Below, in pieces: positions 16,703-30,420 of a stretch of 43,754 bases of DNA. The position numbers were made by a program, and so were the translations under genes. A model generated the notes under the pieces. The model saw only the letters and a list, made by a program, of their open reading frames with translations. It was not told where the DNA came from and made no database searches. Each line of letters starts with the position of its first letter. The stretch's first letter is position 1. Source of the stretch: a virus (taxonomy: Duplodnaviria; Heunggongvirae; Uroviricota; Caudoviricetes); the IMG/VR virus record IMGVR_UViG_2778261353_000008; one strand, written 5' to 3'.

Positions 16703-17434
16703 ATGCCATACATATGTTCTATCATTTTGGTGTTGAACTCGTTTGATGTCCGAATTGGTAAAGAAGATATTTTGTTTAAAAAAGGAAGTGCTGTTCTCAT
16801 TGATTACAATTTAAAAGATTTTTTTTCATCAAATATAGATCATGTAATGATCGTAGATGTTGAAGAGAAAACAGTTAATGATTTCTTTAAAAGCAACACA
16901 CTCTCACCTTTTTCTGTAAGAAGGTTTTATCCGGCATACTTGATGGTGGAATGTGAAGATTTTTCATTGTTAAAGAACTTGATTGCATGCTTGAATTGTG
17001 ATGGCAGAACTGTGGATTTTGTTAGAAATCAAATATCACTTGCATGTCTTGCTATCTTATCTTCAGAGAAAATAGTGCAAAGTTTTTTATTTGGATGTCT
17101 TAATAGTTTAGGAAGTAAAGTTAAGGCTATTATTCACACGGATATATCTGCAGCATGGAGACTTTGTGATATATCTTCAAGACTGTATCTGAGTGAAAGT
17201 CTGTTAAAAAGAAAATTAAAGCACGAAGGCTTATCATTTAGTAAGTTAATTCTTGAAGAGCGAATGGTGATGGCGGAAAGGTTATTAAGCTACAATTTAT
17301 ATTCTGTTGGAAAAGTTGCTGAGATATGCGGTTATGAAAACACGTCATATTTTGTAAGTGTTTTCAGAAGGTATTTTGGTGTTCCTCCCCATCAATATTC
17401 ATCAAGATTTTTTTTAGAAAAAGACATGATGTAA
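16703..17434 (+). CDS. AraC-family transcriptional regulator (AppY-like)
   Basis: ORF 16694..17434 trimmed to first ATG; C-terminal AraC HTH (LSESLLKRKLKHEGLSFSKLILEERMVMAERLL...VAEICGYENTSYFVSVFRRYFGVPPHQY); N-terminus MPYICSIILVLNSFD resembles DLP12 AppY; AT-rich gene. Confidence 0.8.
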   Translation: MPYICSIILVLNSFDVRIGKEDILFKKGSAVLIDYNLKDFFSSNIDHVMIVDVEEKTVNDFFKSNTLSPFSVRRFYPAYLMVECEDFSLLKNLIACLNCDGRTVDFVRNQISLACLAILSSEKIVQSFLFGCLNSLGSKVKAIIHTDISAAWRLCDISSRLYLSESLLKRKLKHEGLSFSKLILEERMVMAERLLSYNLYSVGKVAEICGYENTSYFVSVFRRYFGVPPHQYSSRFFLEKDMM

Positions 17435-17621
17435 CGTGATGCGTTTTAATGATTTTGTAATTTTCGTATTTGATAATTGTATGATGCTTTCAGCTACGCC
17501 AGAATAATCGCGGCGTTTTTCTTTTTGAATAGATGTTCAAGCCTTACGCTAATGTAACTTCTATACCTTTCCTCTTCGTTCCGAACCGTGTACACCATCC
17601 GTTATTTGCGGAGGTGAGGCT

Positions 17622-17837
17622 ATGAAATCCATGGATAAGTTAACAACGGGTGTCGCCTATGGCACCTCAGCAGGTAGTGCCGGTTACTGGTTTTTACAGC
17701 TGCTCGATAAAGTCACGCCCTCACAGTGGGCAGCAATAGGTGTGCTGGGTAGCCTGGTATTTGGCCTGCTGACGTACCTGACAAACCTTTATTTCAAGAT
17801 TAAAGAAGATAAGCGCAAGGCTGCGAGAGGTGAATAA
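17622..17837 (+). CDS. S: Holin, class II pinholin (phage 21 S21-like), dual-start motif
   Basis: 71 aa [45 protein letters not shown]... closely matches S21. Confidence 0.9.
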
Positions 17838-18334
17838 TGCCTCCATCATTACGAAAAGCCGTTGCTGCTGCTATTGGTGGCGGAGCAATTGCTATAGCAT
17901 CAGTGTTAATCACTGGCCCAAGTGGTAACGATGGTCTGGAAGGTGTCAGCTACATACCATACAAAGATATCGTTGGCGTATGGACTGTATGTCACGGGCA
18001 TACAGGAAAAGACATCATTCCCGGTAAAACGTATACCGAAGCAGAATGCAAAGCCCTCCTGAATAAAGACCTTGCCACGGTAGCCAGACAAATTAACCCG
18101 TACATCAAAGTCGATATACCGGAAACAACGCGCGGCGCTCTTTACTCGTTCGTCTATAACGTGGGCGCAGGCAATTTCAGAACATCTACTCTTCTTCGCA
18201 AAATAAACCAGGGCGATATCAAGGGCGCATGTGACCAGCTACGTCGCTGGGCATACGCTGGCGGTAAGCAATGGAAAGGCCTGATGACTCGTCGTGAGAT
18301 TGAGCGTGAGGTCTGTTTGTGGGGGCAACAATGA
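17837..18334 (+). CDS. R: SAR endolysin (lysozyme, R21-like)
   Basis: 165 aa; N-terminal signal-anchor-release segment ([20 protein letters not shown]) followed by lysozyme domain; ATG overlaps holin stop. Confidence 0.9.
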   Translation: MPPSLRKAVAAAIGGGAIAIASVLITGPSGNDGLEGVSYIPYKDIVGVWTVCHGHTGKDIIPGKTYTEAECKALLNKDLATVARQINPYIKVDIPETTRGALYSFVYNVGAGNFRTSTLLRKINQGDIKGACDQLRRWAYAGGKQWKGLMTRREIEREVCLWGQQ

Positions 18335-18792
18335 GCAGGGTAACCGCGATTATCTCCGCTCTGGTTATCTGCATCATCGTCTGCCTGTCATGGGCTGTTA
18401 ATCATTACCGTGATAACGCCATTACCTACAAAGCCCAGCGCGACAAAAATGCCAGAGAACTGAAGCTGGCGAACGCGGCAATTACTGGCATGCAGATGCG
18501 TCAGCGTGATGTTGCTGCGCTCGATGCAAAATACACGAAGGAGTTAGCTGATGCGAAAGCTGAAAATGATGCTCTGCGTGATGATGTTGCCGCTGGTCGT
18601 CGTCGGTTGCACATCAAAGCAGTCTGTCAGTCAGTGCGTGAAGCCACCACCGCCTCCGGCGTGGATAATGCAGCCTCCCCCCGACTGGCAGACACCGCTG
18701 AACGGGATTATTTCACCCTCAGAGAGAGGCTGATCACTATGCAAAAACAACTGGAAGGAACCCAGAAGTATATTAATGAGCAGTGCAGATAG
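18331..18792 (+). CDS. Rz: Rz i-spanin
   Basis: Internal Met of ORF 18319..18792 ([50 protein letters not shown]...); 153 aa; ATGA overlap with R. Confidence 0.9.
   Translation: MSRVTAIISALVICIIVCLSWAVNHYRDNAITYKAQRDKNARELKLANAAITGMQMRQRDVAALDAKYTKELADAKAENDALRDDVAAGRRRLHIKAVCQSVREATTASGVDNAASPRLADTAERDYFTLRERLITMQKQLEGTQKYINEQCR
18551..18733 (+). CDS. Rz1: Rz1 o-spanin lipoprotein, embedded in Rz in +1 frame
   Basis: 60 aa, lipobox VVGC, proline-rich ([15 protein letters not shown]). Confidence 0.88.
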   Translation: MRKLKMMLCVMMLPLVVVGCTSKQSVSQCVKPPPPPAWIMQPPPDWQTPLNGIISPSERG

Positions 18793-18823
18793 AGCTGCCC
18801 ATATCGATGGGCAACTCATGCAA

Positions 18824-19117
18824 TTATTGTGAGCAATACACACGCGCTTCCAGCGGAGTATAAATGCCTAAAGTAATAAAACCGAGAAATCCATTTACGA
18901 ATGTTTGCTGGGTTTCTGTTTTAACAACATTTTCTGCGCCGCCACAAATTTTGGCTGCATCAACAGTTTTCTCCTGTCCAATTCCCGAAACGAAGAAATG
19001 ATGGGTGATGGTTTCCTTTGGTGTTACTGCTGTCGGTTTGTTTCCAACAGTAAACGTCTGTTGAGCACATCCTGTAATAAGCATTGCCAGAGCGGCAGAA
19101 AACAACATTTTTTTCAT
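18824..19117 (-). CDS. bor: Bor lipoprotein (Iss-like serum-resistance factor)
   Basis: ORF 18824..19165 trimmed to MKKMLFSAALAMLITGCAQQTFTVGNKPTAVTPKETITHHFFVSGIGQEKTVDAAKICGGAENVVKTETQQTFVNG..., 97 aa, matching lambda Bor. Confidence 0.9.
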   Translation of the reverse strand: MKKMLFSAALAMLITGCAQQTFTVGNKPTAVTPKETITHHFFVSGIGQEKTVDAAKICGGAENVVKTETQQTFVNGFLGFITLGIYTPLEARVYCSQ

Positions 19118-19478
19118 CTTATTATCCTGCATTGTTAAAAACGGCAGAATCCTATGTGACAACAATTAAACGATAGTTAAATGGATTGATGAAAATTAAA
19201 ACTATATAGGTGGATGCTCAGCCTATTGGAGGAGGGGGGGGCACTCAGAATCCTGTGGAATGAAATAAACCGCTCTATCTGTCCATTACCCTTTTAGCTG
19301 CGCTGTATCGTCGCCGTATTCCCGCATTAACCATGACCGTAGCCCGACGGGGAATTCCTTCTGCGTGAGTGTGCGGGAATAATCAAAAACGATGCACACC
19401 GGGTTTTACTGTGCTGACAGACGCAGGGTTACCCTCATAGTCGCTTTTCCGGTGCGATGGTGGAAGAAACCGGGATGT

Positions 19479-19673
19479 TCATCCATCATCACTTTGGATT
19501 GATGTATATGCTCTCTTTTCTGACGTTAGTCTCCGACGGCAGGCTTCAATGACCCAGGCTGAGAAATTCCCAGACCCTTTTTGCTCAAGAGCGATGTTAA
19601 TTTGTTCAATCATTTGGTTAGGAAAGCGGATGTTGCGGGTTGTTGTTCTGCGGGTTCTGTTCTTCGTTGACAT
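19479..19673 (-). CDS. Conserved lambda right-end small ORF (64 aa), function unknown
   Basis: DNA nearly identical to the right end of lambda as I recall it; protein MSTKNRTRRTTTRNIRFPNQMIEQINIALEQKGSGNFSAWVIEACRRRL... Confidence 0.45.
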   Translation of the reverse strand: MSTKNRTRRTTTRNIRFPNQMIEQINIALEQKGSGNFSAWVIEACRRRLTSEKRAYTSIQSDDG

Positions 19674-19871
19674 GAGGTTGCCCCGTATTCAGTGTCGCTG
19701 ATTTGTATTGTCTGAAGTTGTTTTTACGTTAAGTTGATGCAGATCAATTAATACGATACCTGCGTCATAATTGATTATTTGACGTGGTTTGATGGCGTAG
19801 ATGCACGTTGTGACATGTAGATGATAATTATTATCATTTTGCGGGTCCTTTCCGGCGATCCGACAGGTTAC

Positions 19872-19884
19872 GGGGCGGCGACCT
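19872..19884. other. cos: cosN cohesive-end site (GGGCGGCGACCT)
   Basis: Exact lambda cos sequence ...ccgacaggttacg|gggcggcgacctcgcgggttttcgc read directly, ~180 nt upstream of Nu1; position +/-1. Confidence 0.85.
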
Positions 19885-20061
19885 CGCGGGTTTTCGCTAT
19901 TTATGAAAATTTTCCGGTTTAAGGCGTTTCCGTTCTTCTTCGTCATAACTTAATGTTTTTATTTAAAATACCCTCTGAAAAGAAAGGAAACGACAGGTGC
20001 TGAAAGCGAGCTTTTTGGCCTCTGTCGTTTCCTTTCTCTGTTTTTGTCCGTGGAATGAACA

Positions 20062-20581
20062 ATGGAAGTCAACAAAAAGCAGCTGGCTGACATTTTCGGT
20101 GCGAGTATCCGTACCATTCAGAACTGGCAGGAACAGGGAATGCCCGTTCTGCGAGGCGGTGGCAAGGGTAATGAGGTGCTTTATGACTCTGCCGCCGTCA
20201 TAAAATGGTATGCCGAAAGGGATGCTGAAATTGAGAACGAAAAGCTGCGCCGGGAGGTTGAAGAACTGCGGCAGGCCAGCGAGGCAGATCTCCAGCCAGG
20301 AACTATTGAGTACGAACGCCATCGACTTACGCGTGCGCAGGCCGACGCACAGGAACTGAAGAATGCCAGAGACTCCGCTGAAGTGGTGGAAACCGCATTC
20401 TGTACTTTCGTGTTGTCGCGGATCGCAGGTGAAATTGCCAGTATTCTCGACGGGCTCCCCCTGTCGGTGCAGCGGCGTTTTCCGGAACTGGAAAACCGAC
20501 ATGTTGATTTCCTGAAACGGGATATCATCAAAGCCATGAACAAAGCAGCCGCGCTGGATGAACTGATACCGGGGTTGCTGA

Positions 20582-20607
<26 letters not shown>
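20062..20607 (+). CDS. nu1: Terminase small subunit Nu1
   Basis: 181 aa identical in length and sequence to lambda Nu1 (MEVNKKQLADIFGASIRTIQNWQEQGMPVLRGGGKGNEVLYDSAAVIKWYAERDAE...). Confidence 0.97.
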
Positions 20608-24288
<3,681 letters not shown>

Positions 24289-24308
<20 letters not shown>

Positions 24309-25608
24309 TCTCCCGCATATTGCCAGCATGGCTTTTAATGAGCCGCTGATGCTTGAACCCGCCTATGCGCGGGTTTTCTTTTGTGCGCTTGCAGACCAGC
24401 TTGGGATCAGCCGCCTGACGGATGCAGTATCCGGCGACAGCCTGACTGCCGGAGAGGCACCCGCGGCGCTGGCGTTATCCGGTGATGATGACGGACCACG
24501 ACAGGCCCGCAGTTATCAGGTCATGAACGGCATCGCCGTGCTGCCGGTGTCCGGCACGCTGGTCAGCCGGACGCGGGCGCTGCAGCCGTATTCGGGGATG
24601 ACCGGTTACAACGGCATTATCGCCCGTCTGCAACAGGCTGCCAGTGACCCGATGGTGGACGGCATTCTGCTGGATATGGACACGCCCGGCGGAATGGTGG
24701 CAGGGGCATTTGACTGCGCTGACATCATCGCCCGTGTGCGAGACATAAAACCGGTATGGGCGCTGGCCAATGACATGAACTGCAGCGCAGGTCAGCTGCT
24801 TGCCAGTGCCGCCTCCCGGCGTCTGGTCACGCAGACCGCCCGGACAGGCTCCATCGGCGTCATGATGGCTCACAGTAATTACGGTGCTGCGCTGGAGAAA
24901 CAGGGTGTGGAAATCACGCTGATTTACAGCGGCAGCCATAAGGTGGATGGCAACCCCTACAGCCATCTACCGGATGATGTCCGGGAAACACTGCAGTCCC
25001 GGATGGATGCAACCCGCCGGATGTTTGCACAGAAAGTGTCGGCATATACCGGCCTGTCCGTGCAGGCTGTGCTGGATACCGAGGCTGCAGTGTACAGCGG
25101 TCAGGAGGCCATTGATGCCGGACTGGCTGATGAACTTGTTAACAGTACCGATGCGATCACCGTTATGCGTGATGCACTGGATGCACGTAAATCCCGTCTC
25201 TCAGGAGGGCGAATGACCAAAGAGACTCAATCAACAACTGTTTCAGCCACTGCTTCGCAGGCTGACGTTACTGACGTGGTGCCAGCGACGGAGGGCGAGA
25301 ACGCCAGCGCGGCGCAGCCGGACGTGAACGCGCAGATCACCGCAGCGGTTGCGGCAGAAAACAGCCGCATTATGGGGATCCTCAACTGTGAGGAGGCTCA
25401 CGGACGCGAAGAACAGGCACGCGTGCTGGCAGAAACCCCCGGTATGACCGTGAAAACGGCCCGCCGCATTCTGGCCGCAGCACCACAGAGTGCACAGGCG
25501 CGCAGTGACACTGCGCTGGATCGTCTGATGCAGGGGGCACCGGCACCGCTGGCTGCAGGTAACCCGGCATCTGATGCCGTTAACGATTTGCTGAACACAC
25601 CAGTGTAA
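24289..25608 (+). CDS. C: Prohead protease C (S49-type, GTG start)
   Basis: ORF 24154..25608 trimmed to the lambda GTG start (V)TAELRNLPHIASMAFNEPLML...; matches lambda gpC. Confidence 0.92.
25003..25608 (+). CDS. nu3: Scaffolding protein Nu3 (in-frame internal start within C)
   Basis: Internal Met at codon 239 of C (MDATRRMFAQKV...) corresponds to the lambda Nu3 start by co-linearity. Confidence 0.75.
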   Translation: MDATRRMFAQKVSAYTGLSVQAVLDTEAAVYSGQEAIDAGLADELVNSTDAITVMRDALDARKSRLSGGRMTKETQSTTVSATASQADVTDVVPATEGENASAAQPDVNAQITAAVAAENSRIMGILNCEEAHGREEQARVLAETPGMTVKTARRILAAAPQSAQARSDTALDRLMQGAPAPLAAGNPASDAVNDLLNTPV

Positions 25609-25617
25609 GGGATGTTT

Positions 25618-25950
25618 ATGACGAGCAAAGAAACCTTTACCCATTACCAGCCGCTGGGCAACAGTGACCCGGCTCATACCGCAACCGCGCCCGGCGGATT
25701 GAGTGCGAAAGCGCCTGCAATGACCCCGCTGATGCTGGACACCTCCACCCGTAAGCTGGTTGCGTGGGATGGCACCACCGACGGTGCTGCCGTTGGCATT
25801 CTTGCGGTTGCTGCTGACCAGACCAGCACCACACTGACGTTCTACAAGTCCGGCACGTTCCGTTATGAGGATGTGCTCTGGCCGGAGGCTGCCAGCGACG
25901 AGACGAAAAAACGGACCGCGTTTGCCGGAACGGCAATCAGCATCGTTTAA
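25618..25950 (+). CDS. D: Head decoration protein D
   Basis: [43 protein letters not shown]... matches lambda gpD. Confidence 0.96.
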   Translation: MTSKETFTHYQPLGNSDPAHTATAPGGLSAKAPAMTPLMLDTSTRKLVAWDGTTDGAAVGILAVAADQTSTTLTFYKSGTFRYEDVLWPEAASDETKKRTAFAGTAISIV

Positions 25951-26005
25951 CTTTACCCTTCATCACTAAAGGCCGCCTGTGCGGCTTTTTTTACGGGATT
26001 TTTTT

Positions 26006-27031
26006 ATGTCGATGTACACAACCGCCCAACTGCTGGCGGCAAATGAGCAGAAATTTAAGTTTGATCCGCTGTTTCTGCGTCTCTTTTTCCGTGAGAGCTA
26101 TCCCTTCACCACGGAGAAAGTCTATCTCTCACAAATTCCGGGACTGGTAAACATGGCGCTGTACGTTTCGCCGATTGTTTCCGGTGAGGTTATCCGTTCC
26201 CGTGGCGGCTCCACCTCTGAATTTACGCCGGGATATGTCAAGCCGAAGCATGAAGTGAATCCGCAGATGACCCTGCGTCGCCTGCCGGATGAAGATCCGC
26301 AGAATCTGGCGGACCCGGCTTACCGCCGCCGTCGCATCATCATGCAGAACATGCGTGACGAAGAGCTGGCCATTGCTCAGGTCGAAGAGATGCAGGCAGT
26401 TTCTGCCGTGCTCAAGGGCAAATACACCATGGCCGGTGAAGCCTTCGATCCGGTTGAGGTGGATATGGGCCGCAGTGAGGAGAATAACATCACGCAGTCC
26501 GGCGGCACGGAGTGGAGCAAGCGTGACAAGTCCACGTATGACCCGACCGACGATATCGAAGCCTACGCGCTGAACGCCAGCGGTGTGGTGAATATCATCG
26601 TGTTCGATCCGAAAGGCTGGGCGCTGTTCCGTTCCTTCAAAGCCGTCAAGGAGAAGCTGGATACCCGTCGCGGCTCTCATTCCGAGCTGGAGACAGCGGT
26701 AAAAGACCTGGGCAAAGCGGTGTCCTATAAGGGAATGTATGGCGATGTGGCCATCGTCGTGTATTCCGGACAGTACGTGGAAAACGGCGTCAAAAAGAAC
26801 TTCCTGCCGGACAACACGATGGTGCTGGGGAACACTCAGGCACGCGGTCTGCGCACCTATGGCTGCATTCAGGATGCGGACGCACAGCGCGAAGGCATTA
26901 ACGCCTCTGCCCGTTACCCGAAAAACTGGGTGACCACCGGCGATCCGGCGCGTGAGTTCACCATGATTCAGTCAGCACCGCTGATGCTGCTGGCTGACCC
27001 TGATGAGTTCGTGTCCGTACAACTGGCGTAA
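26006..27031 (+). CDS. E: Major capsid protein E
   Basis: MSMYTTAQLLAANEQKFKFDPLFLRLFFRESYPFTTEKVYLSQIPGLVNMALYVSPIVSG... matches lambda gpE. Confidence 0.97.
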   Translation: MSMYTTAQLLAANEQKFKFDPLFLRLFFRESYPFTTEKVYLSQIPGLVNMALYVSPIVSGEVIRSRGGSTSEFTPGYVKPKHEVNPQMTLRRLPDEDPQNLADPAYRRRRIIMQNMRDEELAIAQVEEMQAVSAVLKGKYTMAGEAFDPVEVDMGRSEENNITQSGGTEWSKRDKSTYDPTDDIEAYALNASGVVNIIVFDPKGWALFRSFKAVKEKLDTRRGSHSELETAVKDLGKAVSYKGMYGDVAIVVYSGQYVENGVKKNFLPDNTMVLGNTQARGLRTYGCIQDADAQREGINASARYPKNWVTTGDPAREFTMIQSAPLMLLADPDEFVSVQLA

Positions 27032-27072
27032 TCATGGCCCTTCGGGGCCATTGTTTCTCTGTGGAGGAGTCC

Positions 27073-27471
27073 ATGACGAAAGATGAACTGATTGCCCGTC
27101 TCCGCTCGCTGGGTGAACAACTGAACCGTGATGTCAGCCTGACGGGGACGAAAGAAGAACTGGCGCTCCGTGTGGCAGAGCTGGAAGAGGAGCTTGATGA
27201 CACGGATGAAACTGCCGGTCAGGACACCCCTCTCAGCCGGGAAAATGTGCTGACCGGACATGAAAATGAGGTGGGATCAGCGCAGCCGGATACCGTGATT
27301 CTGGATACGTCTGAACTGGTCACGGTCGTGGCACTGGTGAAGCTGCATACTGATGCACTTCACGCCACGCGGGATGAACCTGTGGCATTTGTGCTGCCGG
27401 GAACGGCGTTTCGTGTCTCTGCCGGTGTGGCAGCCGAAATGACAGAGCGCGGCCTGGCCAGAATGCAATAA
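27073..27471 (+). CDS. FI: DNA packaging protein FI
   Basis: MTKDELIARLRSLGEQLNRDVSLTGTKEELALRVAELEEELDD... matches lambda gpFI. Confidence 0.93.
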   Translation: MTKDELIARLRSLGEQLNRDVSLTGTKEELALRVAELEEELDDTDETAGQDTPLSRENVLTGHENEVGSAQPDTVILDTSELVTVVALVKLHTDALHATRDEPVAFVLPGTAFRVSAGVAAEMTERGLARMQ

Positions 27472-27482
27472 CGGGAGGCGCT

Positions 27483-27836
27483 GTGGCTGATTTCGATAAC
27501 CTGTTCGATGCTGCCATTGCCCGCGCCGATGAAACGATACGCGGGTACATGGGAACGTCAGCCACCATGACATCCGGTGAGCAGTCCGGTGCGGTGATAC
27601 GTGGTGTTTTTGATGACCCTGAAAATATCAGCTATGCCGGACAGGGCGTGCGCGTTGAAGGCTCCAGCCCGTCCCTGTTTGTCCGGACTGATGATGTGCG
27701 GCAGCTGCGGCGCGGCGACACGCTGACCATCGGTGAGGAAAACTTCTGGATAGACCGGATTTCGCCGGATGATGGCGGAAGTTGTCATCTCTGGCTTGGA
27801 CGGGGCGTACCGCCTGCCGTTAACCGTCGCCGCTGA
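27483..27836 (+). CDS. FII: Head-tail connector FII
   Basis: 117 aa matching lambda gpFII. Confidence 0.93.
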   Translation: MADFDNLFDAAIARADETIRGYMGTSATMTSGEQSGAVIRGVFDDPENISYAGQGVRVEGSSPSLFVRTDDVRQLRRGDTLTIGEENFWIDRISPDDGGSCHLWLGRGVPPAVNRRR

Positions 27837-27847
27837 AAGGGGGATGT

Positions 27848-28426
27848 ATGGCCATAAAAGGTCTTGAGCAGGCCGTTGAAAACCTCAGCCGTATCAGCAA
27901 AACGGCGGTGCCCGGTGCCGCCGCAATGGCCATTAACCGCGTTGCTTCATCCGCGATATCGCAGTCTGCGTCACAGGTTGCCCGTGAGACAAAGGTACGC
28001 CGGAAACTGGTAAAGGAAAGGGCCAGGCTGAAAAGGGCCACGGTCAAAAATCCGCAGGCCAGAATCAAGGTTAACCGGGGGGATTTGCCCGTAATAAAGC
28101 TGGGTAACGCGCGGATTGTCCTGTCCCGACGCAGGCGTCGTAAAAAGGGGCAGCGTTCAGCCCTGAAAGGTGGCGGCAGCGTGCTTGTGGTGGGAAACCG
28201 TCGTATTCCCGGCGCGTTTATTCAGCAACTGAAAAATGGCCGCTGGCATGTCATGCAGCGTGTGGCCGGGAAAAACCGTTACCCCATTGATGTGGTGAAA
28301 ATCCCGATGGCGGTGCCGCTGACCACGGCGTTTAAACAGAATATTGAGCGGATACGGCGTGAGCGTCTTCCGAAAGAGCTGGGCTATGCGCTGCAGCATC
28401 AACTGAGAATGGTAATAAAGCGATGA
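27848..28426 (+). CDS. Z: Tail completion protein Z
   Basis: 192 aa matching lambda gpZ. Confidence 0.93.
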   Translation: MAIKGLEQAVENLSRISKTAVPGAAAMAINRVASSAISQSASQVARETKVRRKLVKERARLKRATVKNPQARIKVNRGDLPVIKLGNARIVLSRRRRRKKGQRSALKGGGSVLVVGNRRIPGAFIQQLKNGRWHVMQRVAGKNRYPIDVVKIPMAVPLTTAFKQNIERIRRERLPKELGYALQHQLRMVIKR

Positions 28427-28818
28427 AACATACTGAACTCCGAGCAGCCGTACTGGATGCACTGGAGAAGCATGACACCGGGGCGACGCTTTTTGATGGT
28501 CGCCCCGCTGTTTTTGATGAGGCGGATTTTCCGGCAATTGCCGTTTATCTCACCGGCGCTGAATACACGGGCGAAGAGCTGGACAGCGATACCTGGCAGG
28601 CGGAGCTGCATATCGAAATTTTCCTGCCTGCTCAGGTGCCGGATTCAGAGCTGGATTCGTGGATGGAGTCCCGGATTTATCCGGTGATGAGCGATATCCC
28701 GGCACTGTCAGATTTGATCACCAGTATGGTGGCCAGTGGCTATGACTACCGGCGCGACGATGATGCAGGCCTGTGGAGTTCAGCCGATCTGACTTATGTC
28801 ATTACCTATGAAATGTGA
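28423..28818 (+). CDS. U: Tail terminator protein U
   Basis: 131 aa matching lambda gpU. Confidence 0.93.
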   Translation: MKHTELRAAVLDALEKHDTGATLFDGRPAVFDEADFPAIAVYLTGAEYTGEELDSDTWQAELHIEIFLPAQVPDSELDSWMESRIYPVMSDIPALSDLITSMVASGYDYRRDDDAGLWSSADLTYVITYEM

Positions 28819-28825
28819 GGACGCT

Positions 28826-29566
28826 ATGCCTGTACCAAATCCTACAATGCCGGTGAAAGGTGCCGGGACCACCCTGTGGGTTTATAAGGGGAGCGGTGAC
28901 CCTTATGCGAATCCGCTTTCAGACGTTGACTGGTCGCGTCTGGCAAAAGTTAAAGACCTGACGCCCGGCGAACTGACCGCTGAGTCCTATGACGACAGCT
29001 ATCTCGATGATGAAGATGCAGACTGGACTGCGACCGGGCAGGGGCAGAAATCTGCCGGAGATACCAGCTTCACGCTGGCGTGGATGCCCGGAGAGCAGGG
29101 GCAGCAGGCGCTGCTGGCGTGGTTTAATGAAGGCGATACCCGTGCCTATAAAATCCGCTTCCCGAACGGCACGGTCGATGTGTTCCGTGGCAGGGTCAGC
29201 AGTATCGGTAAGGCGGTGACGGCGAAGGAAGTGATCACCCGCACGGTGAAAGTCACCAATGTGGGACGTCCGTCGATGGCAGAAGATCGCAGCACGGTAA
29301 CAGCGGCCACCGGCATGACGGTAACGCCAGCCAGTGCTTCCGTAGTGAAAGGGCAGAGCACCACGCTGACCGTGGCATTCCAGCCGGAGGGCGTAACCGA
29401 CAAGAGCTTTCGTGCGGTGTCTGCGGATAAAACAAAAGCCACCGTGTCGGTCAGTGGTATGACCATCACCGTGAACGGCGTTGCTGCAGGCAAGGTCAAC
29501 ATTCCGGTTGTATCCGGTAATGGTGAGTTTGCTGCGGTTGCAGAAATTACCGTCACCGCCAGTTAA
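28826..29566 (+). CDS. V: Major tail protein V
   Basis: ORF trimmed to [45 protein letters not shown]..., matching lambda gpV. Confidence 0.96.
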   Translation: MPVPNPTMPVKGAGTTLWVYKGSGDPYANPLSDVDWSRLAKVKDLTPGELTAESYDDSYLDDEDADWTATGQGQKSAGDTSFTLAWMPGEQGQQALLAWFNEGDTRAYKIRFPNGTVDVFRGRVSSIGKAVTAKEVITRTVKVTNVGRPSMAEDRSTVTAATGMTVTPASASVVKGQSTTLTVAFQPEGVTDKSFRAVSADKTKATVSVSGMTITVNGVAAGKVNIPVVSGNGEFAAVAEITVTAS

Positions 29567-29581
29567 TCCGGAGAGTCAGAG

Positions 29582-30004
29582 ATGTTCCTGAAAACCGAAT
29601 CATTTGAACATAACGGTGTGACCGTCACGCTTTCTGAACTGTCAGCCCTGCAGCGTATTGAGCATCTCGCCCTGATGAAACGGCAGGCAGAACAGGCGGA
29701 GTCAGACAGCAACCGGAAGTTTACTGTGGAAGACGCCATCAGAACCGGCGCGTTTCTGGTGGCGATGTCCCTGTGGCATAACCATCCGCAGAAGACGCAG
29801 ATGCCGTCCATGAATGAAGCCGTTAAACAGATTGAGCAGGAAGTGCTTACCACCTGGCCCACGGAGGCAATTTCTCATGCTGAAAACGTGGTGTACCGGC
29901 TGTCCGGTATGTATGAGTTTGTTGTGAATAATACCCCTGAACAGACAGAGGACGCCGGGCCTGCAGAGCCTGTTTCTGCGGGAAAGTGTTCGACGGTGAG
30001 CTGA
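29582..30004 (+). CDS. G: Tail assembly chaperone G
   Basis: 140 aa matching lambda gpG. Confidence 0.93.
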   Translation: MFLKTESFEHNGVTVTLSELSALQRIEHLALMKRQAEQAESDSNRKFTVEDAIRTGAFLVAMSLWHNHPQKTQMPSMNEAVKQIEQEVLTTWPTEAISHAENVVYRLSGMYEFVVNNTPEQTEDAGPAEPVSAGKCSTVS

Positions 30005-30420
30005 GTTTTGCCCTGAAACTGGCGCGTGAGATGGGGCGACCCGACTGGCGTGCCATGCTTGCCGGGATGTCATCCACGGAGTATGCCGACTGGCACCGCT
30101 TTTACAGTACCCATTATTTTCATGATGTTCTGCTGGATATGCACTTTTCCGGGCTGACGTACACCGTGCTCAGCCTGTTTTTCAGCGATCCGGATATGCA
30201 TCCGCTGGATTTCAGTCTGCTTAACCGGCGCGAGGCTGACGAAGAGCCTGAAGATGATGTGCTGATGCAGAAAGCGGCAGGGCTTGCCGGAGGTGTCCGC
30301 TTTGGCCCGGACGGGAATGAAGTTATCCCCGCTTCCCCGGATGTGGCGGACATGACGGAGGATGACGTAATGCTGATGACAGTATCAGAAGGGATCGCAG
30401 GAGGAGTCCGGTATGGCTGA
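29582..30420 (+). CDS. T: Tail assembly chaperone G-T (frameshift fusion product; T frame 29986..30420)
   Basis: Co-linear with lambda G/T; T-frame translation matches lambda gpT. Confidence 0.85.
29980..29986 (+). other. Programmed -1 frameshift slippery site GGGAAAG (G to G-T fusion)
   Basis: Heptamer read directly near the 3' end of G; the T reading frame (29986..30420) continues in the -1 frame exactly as in lambda. Confidence 0.8.

Noticed and set aside
18793-18823. Palindrome GCCCATATCGATGGGC between Rz and bor as a bidirectional terminator
   Set aside because: Good stem but no U-run on either strand; conserved in lambda, so probably functional in some way, but not callable as a terminator from sequence alone.
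19689-20502. Minus-strand ORFs (85 and 179 aa) spanning cos and the Nu1 5' region
   Set aside because: They overlap the cos site and the opposite strand of Nu1, which are identical to lambda; lambda has no genes there.
26129-26680. 183-aa minus-strand ORF inside capsid gene E, and similar antisense ORFs within B, C, H, L and stf
   Set aside because: All are antisense to strongly supported structural genes and have no independent support.
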